From: Clostridia bacterium
GTDB taxonomy: Bacteria > Bacillota > Clostridia > Oscillospirales > CAG-272
Length of the DNA stretch: 64,000 nt
Direction: 5' to 3'
NCBI GenBank assembly: GCA_017556745.1
Contig: JAFYMF010000010.1
Location: 92,893-156,892, forward strand
Each line of letters starts with the position of its first letter. Position 1 is the first letter of the stretch. Below, piece after piece: positions 31,312 to 40,596 of this stretch. Position numbers and translations under genes: made by a program. The notes under the pieces are model-generated. The model saw only the letters and a list, made by a program, of their open reading frames with translations. It was not told the origin of the DNA and did no database searches.

Positions 31312-31340
31312 TTGAAAATATTACGTATTTATGATATAAT
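31312..31340 (+). promoter_or_regulatory. Sigma-A-type promoter for nadA
   Basis: TTGAAA (31312-31317), 17-bp spacer, TATAAT (31335-31340). Confidence 0.5.
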
Positions 31341-31378
31341 CACACTGTATTAATTTTTGAGCAAGAGGAAAAAACGAG

Positions 31379-32290
31379 ATGATAAAAGATATACAGGAAG
31401 AAATAATCAGACTGAAAAAAGAGAAGAATTTTTGTATTCTTGCACATAGTTATCAGTCCCGTGAAATAGTTGAAATCGCAGACTTTGTCGGGGACTCATA
31501 TGCCCTTAGCGTTAAAGCCGCAAAGGCAGAGTATGATAATTTTCTAATGTGCGGTGTCCGTTTTATGGCAGAAACAGTTAAAATACTGTCTCCTGATAAA
31601 AAGGTAATACTTTCAAACTCTACTGCAGGATGTCCGATGGCCGAACAGCTTACACCAGCAGAGCTTTCAGCTATGAAGAAAAAATATCCGGGATACGCTG
31701 TTGTAGCGTATATTAATACTACCGCAGAGCTGAAGACTCTGTGTGATGTGTGTGTAACATCTTCCTCTGCTTTAAACGTAGTAAAGAAAATTGAAAATGA
31801 TAATATTATTTTCATTCCGGATATAAATCTCGGCAGATATGTAAAGAAGATGCTTCCTGAAAAGAATATAGTTCTTTTTAACGGCGGATGTCCTCGTCAT
31901 GCGGCAGTTACTGCAGAGGAAGTATCTGCGGCAAAAGCCATGCACCCAAGTGCACTTTTTCTTGTACATCCCGAGTGTACTCCTGATGTAACTGCAATGG
32001 CAGACTACGTGGGGTCTACTGCAGGAATAATGGATTACGCAAAGTCAAGTGATGTTAAAGAATTTATAATAGGTACCGAGAACAGTATAGTTACTCATCT
32101 TCAGTTTGAGTGTCCCGACAAGAAGTTTTATCCTGTATCAAAGAATCTGATATGTTCTGATATGAAAGCTACTACTCTTAGTGATGTGCTTGACGCACTC
32201 AAGGGAGAGGGCGGGGAAGAAATAATTCTCGATAAAGAGACTATTGAATTAGCCAGAAAATCTATTGATGAAATGATTCGTCTGGGTTAA
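31379..32290 (+). CDS. nadA: Quinolinate synthase
   Basis: 303 aa. ILAHSYQ ... AGCPMA ... the HPEC region is typical of NadA. Confidence 0.9.
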   Translation: MIKDIQEEIIRLKKEKNFCILAHSYQSREIVEIADFVGDSYALSVKAAKAEYDNFLMCGVRFMAETVKILSPDKKVILSNSTAGCPMAEQLTPAELSAMKKKYPGYAVVAYINTTAELKTLCDVCVTSSSALNVVKKIENDNIIFIPDINLGRYVKKMLPEKNIVLFNGGCPRHAAVTAEEVSAAKAMHPSALFLVHPECTPDVTAMADYVGSTAGIMDYAKSSDVKEFIIGTENSIVTHLQFECPDKKFYPVSKNLICSDMKATTLSDVLDALKGEGGEEIILDKETIELARKSIDEMIRLG

Positions 32291-32323
32291 AAAGGTAAAA
32301 CAAAATAAATTTTAATATAACTA

Positions 32324-32437
32324 TTGACTTTTAATTTTGTAAATGTTATAATAGTATGCCGCATAATGTAAGGTTGACAAAATGTCCTTTGTGACTGCCT
32401 TACTTAGCGAGTCGTAAATGAAAGAGAGGTGCTTTTC
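32324..32437 (+). promoter_or_regulatory. Promoter plus 5' leader of the L21-Prp-L27 operon (possible L21 r-protein leader)
   Basis: TTGACT (32324-32329), 17 bp, TATAAT (32347-32352), then an ~85-nt leader. Firmicute rplU operons carry an autoregulatory leader, but I cannot confirm the fold by eye. Confidence 0.4.
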
Positions 32438-32749
32438 GTGTTCGCAATTATTGAGACGGGCGGAAAGCAGTATAAGGTCAACGAAGGCGATATTCTCTTC
32501 GTTGAAAAGCTTGATGCTGAAGAAGGCAGCACTGTCACTTTTGACCGTGTGCTTGCAATGTCCACTGCAGACGGATTCGTCGCAGGCGCTCCCGTAGTTG
32601 AGGGTGCCACCGTTACCGCAAATGTCGTTAAGAACGGCAAGGGTAAGAAAATTCACGTTCTTAAGTATAAGTCTAAGAAGAACGAGAAGAAGAAGATCGG
32701 TCACAGACAGCCTTACACTAAGATCCAGATCGAGAAGATCAGTCTTTGA
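32438..32749 (+). CDS. rplU: 50S ribosomal protein L21
   Basis: (M)[13 protein letters not shown]... The GTG at 32438, about 10 nt after a GAGAGG RBS, is preferred over the track start at 32429. Confidence 0.9.
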   Translation: MFAIIETGGKQYKVNEGDILFVEKLDAEEGSTVTFDRVLAMSTADGFVAGAPVVEGATVTANVVKNGKGKKIHVLKYKSKKNEKKKIGHRQPYTKIQIEKISL

Positions 32750-32766
32750 TTTTGAGGTAACTGCAA

Positions 32767-33123
32767 ATGACTAAGGTCATTTTTTACCGTGCGGATGGGG
32801 TCTATTACGGTTTTGAGGAGCAGGGACATACTGGGTTTGCCGAATCGGGGAACGATATTCTTTGTTCTGCGTTATCCGCAATGACTATGTTGATCATTAA
32901 TACTATCGAGGTCACATACGCTACTAATGTAGAGTATACCATTGATGATGAGACGACAGATATCAAGGTTATGGCACATTCGATTCTTCCTGAATATAAC
33001 GGAGATGAGAAAAAGCGATACGCGGTGTCTGGTCTTATTGAAGGTTATTATTATCAGCTTAGTGATATGATTGAGGATTATTACGACTATCTCGATGTCG
33101 AGGTTACCGACGAATTTAAATGA
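32767..33123 (+). CDS. Ribosomal-processing cysteine protease Prp
   Basis: 118 aa between rplU and rpmA. GHTGFAESGNDILCSALSAM is the Prp catalytic-region pattern. Confidence 0.85.
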   Translation: MTKVIFYRADGVYYGFEEQGHTGFAESGNDILCSALSAMTMLIINTIEVTYATNVEYTIDDETTDIKVMAHSILPEYNGDEKKRYAVSGLIEGYYYQLSDMIEDYYDYLDVEVTDEFK

Positions 33124-33157
33124 TCCCGTAAAAATTAATTAACGGAGGTATAATAAC

Positions 33158-33436
33158 GTGTTAAAGCTTAGCTTACAGTTTTTCGCTCATAAAAAGGGTG
33201 TTGGTTCTACTAAGAACGGACGTGACAGTGAGTCCAAGCGTCTTGGCGTAAAGCGTGCAGACGGACAGGTTGTTCTTGCAGGTAATATTCTTGTAAGACA
33301 GCGTGGTACTAAGATCCATCCCGGCAAGAATGTTGGTATTGGTTCTGATGACACACTGTTTGCTCTTATCGATGGCAGAGTAAAGTTCGAGCACATTTCT
33401 AAGGATAAGAAGTGTGTAAGCGTTTACGCTGACTAA
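33158..33436 (+). CDS. rpmA: 50S ribosomal protein L27 (with Prp-cleaved N-terminal extension)
   Basis: [24 protein letters not shown]...; the propeptide ends at the FF|A motif. GTG start. Confidence 0.95.
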   Translation: MLKLSLQFFAHKKGVGSTKNGRDSESKRLGVKRADGQVVLAGNILVRQRGTKIHPGKNVGIGSDDTLFALIDGRVKFEHISKDKKCVSVYAD

Positions 33437-33460
33437 TCGAAGCCTTATATTAACATCTAA

Positions 33461-33491
33461 AAAAGACACTGTGATTTCAGTGTCTTTTTTA
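33461..33491 (+). terminator. Rho-independent terminator
   Basis: AGACACTG / CAGTGTCT stem plus T-run. Confidence 0.8.
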
Positions 33492-33630
33492 TTATCCTTT
33501 GACCTATTTGTTTATACTTTGTGCAAAGAGGTAATAATTAAAATATCTGTCAAATATTTGAATAAAACTTGATTATCCTTTTTATTTATGATAAACTATT
33601 TTAACCAATTTGGAAAGAAGGTTGATGCGA

Positions 33631-34836
33631 ATGAAGAAAAAATTGTTATTCGTCGGGATAACTATGAACTGTGCTGGTACAGAGAGGTCATTCCTGTCAT
33701 TTATAAACAGTCTTGATACAGAGCAATACGAAGTTGACCTTCTGCTCGCCAAAAGAGAAGGAGAGTTTCTTGATCTCCTTCCGAGTTATGTAAGAGTTTT
33801 AAAGATGCATGATTACGGCGATATGTTTACTATGACCGGAAAAAATGCTTCAAGTGTAATTTGGAAGTGCTTTGGAAGAAAAAATCCTTTTATATTATTT
33901 AAGATGCTCCCTTATGCCGTGAAAATGGCATTTAACAAAAAGAACAGATCTAAAATAGCAATGAGATTATGGTGTTCTTTTCTTAAAAAAATGCCTATGT
34001 TTGATGCTTCAGCGTATGAAGCTGTAATTTCTTACTGGGGCGATAAGACCATGTTTTATATGGTAGATAGGATAAAAGCTAAAAAGAAGATAACGTGGCT
34101 TCATTTTGATTATGCAACTCCCACACGTGATGACGAACTGTATCATAAATATTTTTCTGCCTGCGATAATGTCATCACTGTATCAAATTCATTGTGTCAG
34201 TCTTTAACCGAAAGATTTTCTGACATTAAAGATAAGTTTTCTGTTATTGAAAATATCATCGATCCTAATCTTATTCGCGATCTTGCACTCAGAGGCGATG
34301 AATTTCCCGATGTACACTTTAAGGGAACAAGAATACTTTCTGTCGGAAGAATGGCATATCAAAAGGGCTTTGACAAGATAGCTCCTGTTCTTGCCGGACT
34401 CAGGGCGGATGGATATGATGTCAGGTGGTATATAGTCGGTGATGGAGAGGAACATGATTCTCTAATCGCTGATGCAATGGCGGCGGGTGTTCCTGATATT
34501 CTTATCTTTCTTGGCACAACGCAGAATCCATATTCTTATATTCGAGATTGCGATCTCTTTGTTTTGCCGTCTCGTTACGAGGGTAAACCGATAACTGTTG
34601 AAGAGGCGAAGGTGCTTTATAAGCCGATAATTGTAACTGATTATCTTTCTGCAAAAGAACAGCTAAGTGGCGGAAAACTTGGAATGATATGCGGAATGGA
34701 ACCGGAGGATATTTACCATGCGGTTAGGTGTGTGCTTGACGATCCAAAGGTAGGAGAAGCGTATTCACATACGCTTACAAACGAGAAAATCGGTAACCCC
34801 GAAGAAATAGAAAAATTTTATAAAATTTTAGGATAA
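33631..34836 (+). CDS. Glycosyltransferase family 4 (GT-B, group 1)
   Basis: The C-terminal half has the GT4 EX7E-region pattern (LPSRYEGKPITVEEA). Start is ATG at 33625 or 33631. Confidence 0.8.
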   Translation: MKKKLLFVGITMNCAGTERSFLSFINSLDTEQYEVDLLLAKREGEFLDLLPSYVRVLKMHDYGDMFTMTGKNASSVIWKCFGRKNPFILFKMLPYAVKMAFNKKNRSKIAMRLWCSFLKKMPMFDASAYEAVISYWGDKTMFYMVDRIKAKKKITWLHFDYATPTRDDELYHKYFSACDNVITVSNSLCQSLTERFSDIKDKFSVIENIIDPNLIRDLALRGDEFPDVHFKGTRILSVGRMAYQKGFDKIAPVLAGLRADGYDVRWYIVGDGEEHDSLIADAMAAGVPDILIFLGTTQNPYSYIRDCDLFVLPSRYEGKPITVEEAKVLYKPIIVTDYLSAKEQLSGGKLGMICGMEPEDIYHAVRCVLDDPKVGEAYSHTLTNEKIGNPEEIEKFYKILG

Positions 34837-34850
34837 AAAAGAAAAAAGAC

Positions 34851-34968
34851 TTGCAAATTTATATACTTCATGATATAATACATCTTGTATGCGATTTAGT
34901 CGCTATTATTTTAGAACAGTCCTCTGCGAATGCTCCGCATGAATGTTCGGTATAAGGAGGAGCCAACA
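34851..34968 (+). promoter_or_regulatory. Promoter plus 5' leader of rplS (possible L19 leader)
   Basis: TTGCAA (34851-34856), 17 bp, TGaTATAAT (-10 at 34874-34879), then a ~90-nt leader. Confidence 0.4.
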
Positions 34969-35316
34969 ATGGATTTAATCAAGGCTTTTACAAATGAGCA
35001 GCTTAAAGAGAGCGTACCTCAGTTCAAAATCGGTGATACCGTTAAGGTTCACAACCGTATCAAAGAGGGTTCTCGCGAGAGAATTCAGATCTTTGAGGGT
35101 ACTGTAATCGCTCGTCACGGTGGCGGAATCTCCGAGACCTTTACCGTTAGAAAGGTTTCTTACGGTTGTGGTGTTGAGAAGACATTCCCCCTCCATTCTC
35201 CTAACGTTGATAAGGTTGAGGTTGTTCGTCTCGGTAAAGTTCGCCGTGCGAAGCTCTACTATCTTCGTGGCAGAGTGGGCAAGAGCTCTAAGGTTAAAGA
35301 GCAGACCCAGGCGTAA
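34969..35316 (+). CDS. rplS: 50S ribosomal protein L19
   Basis: [13 protein letters not shown]...[10 protein letters not shown]...[21 protein letters not shown]. Confidence 0.95.
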   Translation: MDLIKAFTNEQLKESVPQFKIGDTVKVHNRIKEGSRERIQIFEGTVIARHGGGISETFTVRKVSYGCGVEKTFPLHSPNVDKVEVVRLGKVRRAKLYYLRGRVGKSSKVKEQTQA

Positions 35317-35328
35317 GTCAAATGAAAT

Positions 35329-35356
35329 CAGCCCTGCTTTTTGCAGGGCTTTTTCA
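35329..35356 (+). terminator. Rho-independent terminator
   Basis: AGCCCTGC tttt GCAGGGCT followed by TTTT. Confidence 0.8.
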
Positions 35357-35535
35357 TTTTAAGGTAGTAATTTGTTATGAAAGTAAAGTGCATTTAACGT
35401 AACACAATTATTTTAGGGGGATACTCTGATAGGTATTATTTGCTCTATCATTATTGCTGTATATGCTTTTTCAATGTAAGACTAAAGAGGCTCCCATTGT
35501 ATCAGCATTTATATTCTTTAAATAATATTAATGAG

Positions 35536-35566
35536 ACCTCGACACAATTTGTGTTGAGGTTTTTTC
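35536..35566 (+). terminator. Orphan rho-independent terminator
   Basis: ACCTCGACACA att TGTGTTGAGGT plus T6. No annotated gene lies between the rplS terminator and this one. Confidence 0.5.
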
Positions 35567-35580
35567 CAAGTACTATATGG

Positions 35581-35609
35581 TTGACAGCCGGTGAAATAAA
35601 TGATAAAAT
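35581..35609 (+). promoter_or_regulatory. Sigma-A-type promoter for mnmA
   Basis: TTGACA (35581-35586), 17 bp, TGaTAAAAT (-10 at 35604-35609). Confidence 0.45.
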
Positions 35610-35631
35610 AACCGATAGGAAAGAGGTGTAG

Positions 35632-36687
35632 TTGTTAGTGGAAAAGGCTATAATTGCGCTGAGCGGCGGTGTTGACAGTTCTGTATGTGCTCATATTATG
35701 AAAACTCGTGGCTATGGGTGTGAAGGCGTGATGTTCCGTCTCTACGATAAGCACGGCGAAAATGTGGCTGATAGCGATATTTCAGATGCAGAGAAAGTTG
35801 CTGAAAAAGTAGGGATACCGTTTTCTGTCATAGACTATAGGGATGATTTCAAACGTAAGGTTATTGATGAGTTTGTGGCGGTTTATGAGAAGGGCGGAAC
35901 TCCTAATCCCTGTATTGTGTGCAATCGTGTCATAAAGTTTGAACTTCTTTTCAACAGATTAAAGGAAAAAAACGCAGACAAAGTTGTCACCGGTCACTAT
36001 GCAAGGGTAGAGTACGATAGTAAAGCAGGTAGATATCTTCTAAAAAAGGCTGTTGATGATTCAAAAGATCAAAGCTACGTACTGTATAATTTAAAAAAAG
36101 ACCAGTTAAAGAATATAATTTTCCCCCTTGGTGAGTTAAGCAAAAGCGAGGCAAGACACATAGCTGAAAAAGAGGGCTTTGTTAATGCGGCTAAACGCGA
36201 TAGTCAGGATATATGTTTTGTTCCGGATGGTAATTACGGTAAGTTTATTGAGGAATACCGAGGAAAAAGTTTTCCCTCGGGTGATTTTGTCAGTGAATCA
36301 GGACATGTAATCGGCCAGCACAAGGGAATTATACATTACACGATAGGACAACGTAAAGGACTTGGACTTGCATTACCGTGTCCTATGTATGTTGTGAAGA
36401 AAGATGTTTTTGAAAACAAGGTAGTACTCGGATATAACGACGAGTTGTTTTCAGATTCTCTTACTGCAAAAGATGTAAATCTTATTTCGGTCGATTCTAT
36501 TGATACCCCCATGAGAGTTGATGCTAAAGTTAGGTACAGTCAGAAGGCTCAACCGGCTTATGCTGTGCTACTTCCTGACGGTAGATTATCGGTTAAATTT
36601 GATCAGCCGCAGAGGGCAATAACACCAGGACAGTCAGTTGTGCTGTATGATGGTGATATTGTTGTTGGTGGCGGTGTAATAGAATAA
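35632..36687 (+). CDS. mnmA: tRNA 2-thiouridine(34) synthase
   Basis: ALSGGVDSSV PP-loop and the CNRVIKF region. Start is TTG at 35632 or GTG at 35638. Confidence 0.9.
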   Translation: MLVEKAIIALSGGVDSSVCAHIMKTRGYGCEGVMFRLYDKHGENVADSDISDAEKVAEKVGIPFSVIDYRDDFKRKVIDEFVAVYEKGGTPNPCIVCNRVIKFELLFNRLKEKNADKVVTGHYARVEYDSKAGRYLLKKAVDDSKDQSYVLYNLKKDQLKNIIFPLGELSKSEARHIAEKEGFVNAAKRDSQDICFVPDGNYGKFIEEYRGKSFPSGDFVSESGHVIGQHKGIIHYTIGQRKGLGLALPCPMYVVKKDVFENKVVLGYNDELFSDSLTAKDVNLISVDSIDTPMRVDAKVRYSQKAQPAYAVLLPDGRLSVKFDQPQRAITPGQSVVLYDGDIVVGGGVIE

Positions 36688-36704
36688 AATATATCACGGT
36701 AGAG

Positions 36705-36744
36705 AGAACCATAATTATTGTCTATAATTATGGTTCTTTTTTTC
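36705..36744 (+). terminator. Rho-independent terminator
   Basis: Perfect 14-bp stem AGAACCATAATTAT / ATAATTATGGTTCT plus T7. Confidence 0.85.
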
Positions 36745-36762
36745 TTAAAGAGAAAAAGGAAC

Positions 36763-37071
36763 TTGACAATATCGAATTAGTGTGATATAATTATGGAAAT
36801 TTTTCAAATGCGATGAAGCGGCGCGAAAATATTCTTTGTATCTTCAGAGAGCTGTTGAATGGTGAAAAACAGTGTTACATTTTATTTTCTACTCCCCGCT
36901 GAGCGGTTGTGCCGAAAAAGTGAATTTAGTAGGTGCAGACGGGTTCTCCCGTTATAGAGAAGGGCATTTGTTGATGCTGTAAAGTGGGCATGTTATATGT
37001 CAAACAGAGTGGTACCGCGGAAGTTTACGCTTTCGTCTCTTGTGTTAACGGAGGGACGACGGCGTTTTTTT
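36763..37071 (+). promoter_or_regulatory. Promoter plus T-box leader (tRNA-sensing riboswitch) with intrinsic terminator
   Basis: TTGACA, 17 bp, TGaTATAAT promoter (36763-36791). Stem I elements are present: K-turn GCGAUGAAG (36810), AG bulge CAGAGAG (36845) and distal loop GGUGAAAA (36861). The T-box sequence AAACAGAGUGGUACCGCGG lies at 37002-37020. The terminator at 37027-37071 ends in U7. Confidence 0.8.
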
Positions 37072-37111
37072 ATTTCTTTCGTCTCTCAGAAAAAGAAAGA
37101 GAGGATATTAT

Positions 37112-39643
37112 ATGAAACTTGCATTTTCAACACTTGGCTGTCCCGATTTTGATTGGGCAGACATATATTCAATGGCAAAGGATTTTGGCTTTTCCGGCAT
37201 CGAGATGCGTGGTCTCGGTGGCGATATTTTCTCGGTTAAGGCTCGTCCTTTTAAGCCGTCTAACATTAAAAACACTAAAGCTGAGCTCGAAAAGCGCCGT
37301 CTTGAAATTCCTTGTCTTTCCTCTGGTTGTGCATTAAAATATGCAGACAGGAAGGAAAGCAACATAGCGGAGATACGTGATTATATAGATCTTGCCCACG
37401 AACTTGGATCAATGTACATCAGAATACTTGGTGATGAGCATGCTGACGTACACGGTGATGTTGATGACAGTGTTGTCGTGGACACAATGCGAGAGCTTAT
37501 CCCTTACGCAGAAGAGAAGGGGGTCACCCTTCTTATCGAGACCAACGGTGTTTATGCGGATACAAAACGTCTTGCTGAACTTTTATTTGAACTTAAGAGT
37601 GAATGTGTAGGCGCTCTTTGGGATATACACCATCCATACCGTTTTATGGGTGAGACACCTGAACAGACCATTACTAATCTCGGTGTTTATATAAAGTATA
37701 CACACATCAAGGATTCGGTAATGGAGGATGGTAAGGTTAAATATCGTCTTATGGGTGAGGGTGATCTTCCAATTGAGGATGCAATGCTTGCTCTCCGTTC
37801 CATTAACTATGAGGGCTATGTTTCCCTTGAGTGGGTAAAGAATTATGCGCCTGATATCCAGGCAGCCGGTATAGTTTTCCCTCATTTTGCAAACTACATG
37901 ACACGTTTTCTCGGTACCGCATCCGGTAACGGAAGACTTATAGATAATATTCGTGGTACCGGTAAATATGTATGGCCCAAAAACCACTTGATTGATCTTA
38001 CTTTCCCTCAGGTTCTTGATAAAATGGTTGATGAATTTCCTGATCAGTATGCGTTCCGTTATACTGAACTTGACTATACCAGAACCTATTCCGAGTTCCG
38101 CGATGACGTTGATACCTTTGCGCGTTCTCTTATCGCTATGGGCGTAAAACCCGGTGATCACGTTGCAATATGGGCTACCAACGTTCCTCAGTGGTATATT
38201 ACGTTTTGGGCAACAACAAAGATAGGTGCTGTTCTTGTTACTGTTAATACTGCATATAAGATACACGAGATCGAATATTTGCTTCGCCAGTCCGATACAC
38301 ATACTCTCGTTATGATTGACGGATATAAGGATTCCGACTATGTTTCAATTATCAATGAGATCTGTCCCGAGCTTGAGAATCACGACAAGAACATGCCTCT
38401 CTATACCAAGAGATTGCCGTTCCTTCGTAATATTATTACATGTGAGTCATCTCAGAAGGGTTGTTATACTTGGGATGAGGCTATTGCATGTAGCGATAAG
38501 GTTCCTGTAACCGAGGTTTATCGCCGCGCCGCCGCTATATCCAAGGATGATGTATGTAACATGCAGTACACATCCGGAACCACCGGATTCCCCAAGGGTG
38601 TTATGCTCACCCACTATAACGTTGTTAACAACGGTAAGGCAATCGGTGACTGTATGGATCTTTCTACTGCTGATCGTATGATGATCCAGGTTCCAATGTT
38701 CCACTGTTTTGGCATGGTACTTGCAATGACTGCATCAATGACTCATGGTGTTACCATGTCTCCTATTCCCGCATTTTCCCCCTCAAAGGGACTTAGGTGC
38801 ATCAACATGGAGAAGATCACCTGCTTCCACGGTGTTCCTACCATGTTTATCGCTATGATGAATCATCCTGATTTTGAGAAAACTAATTTTGAATACATGC
38901 GTACCGGTATAATGGCAGGTAGTCCTTGTCCTATTAAGTACATGCAGGATGTTATCGAGAAGATGAACATGAAGGAAATCTGTATTACCTACGGACAGAC
39001 AGAGGCATCTCCCGCTACTACTATGTCAAAAACTACTGACTCTATCGAAGTTAGAGTTAATACTGTCGGTGCGGCGATGTTTGCTGTTGAATGTAAGATC
39101 GTTGACCCTGAAACCGGCGAGGAGCTGCCTGACAATACTGATGGTGAGTTCTGTGCACGCGGTTATAATATAATGAAGGGTTATTATAAGATGCCCGAAG
39201 CAACTGCTGCAGTTATTGATAGCGATGGTTGGCTTCATTCAGGAGACCTTGCACGACGTGATGAGAATGGTTATTTCAAGATTACCGGACGTATCAAGGA
39301 TATGATTATTCGTGGTGGTGAAAATATATATCCTAAGGAGATTGAGGACTTTATTTACACCTATCCCAAGGTATCTGATGTTCAGGTTATTGGTGTACCG
39401 GACAAGGAATATGGTGAGGAGATATGCGCTTGTATTATCCTCAAAGAAGGAGAAACTGCTACCGAAGAGGAGATCAAGGCATTTGTTCGAGACCATATGG
39501 CAAAGCACAAGACTCCCAGATACGTTATGTTTGTTGACTCATTCCCGATGAATGCGGCTGGTAAGATACTTAAATACAAGATGAGACAGAATGCTGTCGT
39601 AGATCGTGGTCTTCAGGCTCATACAAATATTCCTACAGCATAA
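37112..39643 (+). CDS. Fusion protein: N-terminal xylose-isomerase-like TIM barrel (sugar phosphate isomerase/epimerase family) plus C-terminal AMP-dependent acyl-CoA synthetase/ligase
   Basis: 843 aa. Residues 1 to about 275 have the AP-endonuclease-2/TIM pattern (FSGIEMR, LLIETN, WDIHH, SLEW). Residues from about 290 to 843 have the adenylate-forming motifs YTSGTTGFPKGV, GYGQTE-like ITYGQTE, GWLHSGD and GRIKDMIIRGGENIYP. Confidence 0.85.
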   Translation: MKLAFSTLGCPDFDWADIYSMAKDFGFSGIEMRGLGGDIFSVKARPFKPSNIKNTKAELEKRRLEIPCLSSGCALKYADRKESNIAEIRDYIDLAHELGSMYIRILGDEHADVHGDVDDSVVVDTMRELIPYAEEKGVTLLIETNGVYADTKRLAELLFELKSECVGALWDIHHPYRFMGETPEQTITNLGVYIKYTHIKDSVMEDGKVKYRLMGEGDLPIEDAMLALRSINYEGYVSLEWVKNYAPDIQAAGIVFPHFANYMTRFLGTASGNGRLIDNIRGTGKYVWPKNHLIDLTFPQVLDKMVDEFPDQYAFRYTELDYTRTYSEFRDDVDTFARSLIAMGVKPGDHVAIWATNVPQWYITFWATTKIGAVLVTVNTAYKIHEIEYLLRQSDTHTLVMIDGYKDSDYVSIINEICPELENHDKNMPLYTKRLPFLRNIITCESSQKGCYTWDEAIACSDKVPVTEVYRRAAAISKDDVCNMQYTSGTTGFPKGVMLTHYNVVNNGKAIGDCMDLSTADRMMIQVPMFHCFGMVLAMTASMTHGVTMSPIPAFSPSKGLRCINMEKITCFHGVPTMFIAMMNHPDFEKTNFEYMRTGIMAGSPCPIKYMQDVIEKMNMKEICITYGQTEASPATTMSKTTDSIEVRVNTVGAAMFAVECKIVDPETGEELPDNTDGEFCARGYNIMKGYYKMPEATAAVIDSDGWLHSGDLARRDENGYFKITGRIKDMIIRGGENIYPKEIEDFIYTYPKVSDVQVIGVPDKEYGEEICACIILKEGETATEEEIKAFVRDHMAKHKTPRYVMFVDSFPMNAAGKILKYKMRQNAVVDRGLQAHTNIPTA

Positions 39644-39686
39644 AAGCCTGCTCTTATAATAGTTCTGTGGAACAGATAAATATAGA

Positions 39687-39725
39687 AGAGGTCAATCCCA
39701 TATTTTGGGGATTGACCTCTTTTTG
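39687..39725. terminator. Bidirectional terminator
   Basis: AGAGGTCAATCCC / GGGATTGACCTCT stem plus T-run, between convergent genes. Confidence 0.8.
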
Positions 39726-39734
39726 TATCACAAA

Positions 39735-40565
39735 TTATTTTGAATCAGAAGATGTATAAGAAATAATGTCTCTAAAGACTTCAACGTGATGTGCATGAGC
39801 GGCTTTGACTTTTTCTATACCCTTGAATATACCCATAGTCGAAACCTTTCTTACACAGATAAGGGTATCATACGGAAGTTCGTTTACACCACTGAATTTT
39901 TTTCCAAAATCAGTGGATGAAAGAACGATGGCGCAGTCATCATATGCCTCTACATTCTCGGGCAGTTCTCCGAAAATTTCACTGAGTGGCATAAAACCAC
40001 CTGCTGTATACACAGATTCGTACATGTTAGGGTCAAGCAAACAAATAACTGTATCTCCGGTGGTTATCTCAGCACTAAAACGCTGACGAGCGGTATAAAT
40101 TGTTTGCGTGTTAAAGACTATAGGTTCTTTCTTTTCAACAGATTCTGCTCTTAGCTCATCGATTTGTTCATTGGTATAAACAACCAGATCAAGCAGGGAA
40201 GCAACACTTTTACCGTCACTGTTATAATCTGAATCAAACGTTTCAAAAGATTCCTCAACGAGAGCGATACCTTGAGGTGTAAGTGATGCGGGACCGGCAT
40301 ACATAATGTAGAGATCAGGCTTTTCTTTGGTAAAAATCTGAACAACACAGAATATAATAACTACCGCCAAAAAACCGGATACTACGAAAGGCCATTTAAA
40401 ATGATACCAGAAATTTGATATCTTGTCTCCGATAGTCTTTGGAGCATAAAGTGCAGAGATATCCTCGGCTGGTTCTTCCTCACCTTCAAGCGATCTTATT
40501 CTCTTTGAAAGATTGGATTCTTCTATTTCTTCAGTTTCATTCAATTTTTTTTCGTTGTTATCCAT
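39735..40565 (-). CDS. Membrane-anchored hypothetical protein
   Basis: 276 aa with an acidic N-terminus, a single TM segment (FVVSGFLAVVIIFCVVQIF) and an extracytoplasmic domain. No family recognised. Confidence 0.5.
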   Translation of the reverse strand: MDNNEKKLNETEEIEESNLSKRIRSLEGEEEPAEDISALYAPKTIGDKISNFWYHFKWPFVVSGFLAVVIIFCVVQIFTKEKPDLYIMYAGPASLTPQGIALVEESFETFDSDYNSDGKSVASLLDLVVYTNEQIDELRAESVEKKEPIVFNTQTIYTARQRFSAEITTGDTVICLLDPNMYESVYTAGGFMPLSEIFGELPENVEAYDDCAIVLSSTDFGKKFSGVNELPYDTLICVRKVSTMGIFKGIEKVKAAHAHHVEVFRDIISYTSSDSK

Positions 40566-40596
40566 TTAATACCTCTCTGGCAAAAACGTGTAAACA

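Noticed and set aside
31379-32290. nadA without adjacent nadB/nadC as a possible anomaly
   Set aside because: NAD biosynthesis genes are often dispersed, and the partners may lie outside this window. Nothing in the sequence itself is unusual.
37583-38302. 239-aa minus-strand ORF inside the TIM-barrel::AMP-ligase gene
   Set aside because: It is antisense to a coding region with clear adenylate-forming motifs. The translation is rich in Ile/Asn/Cys/Lys, typical of antisense frames in AT-rich genomes.
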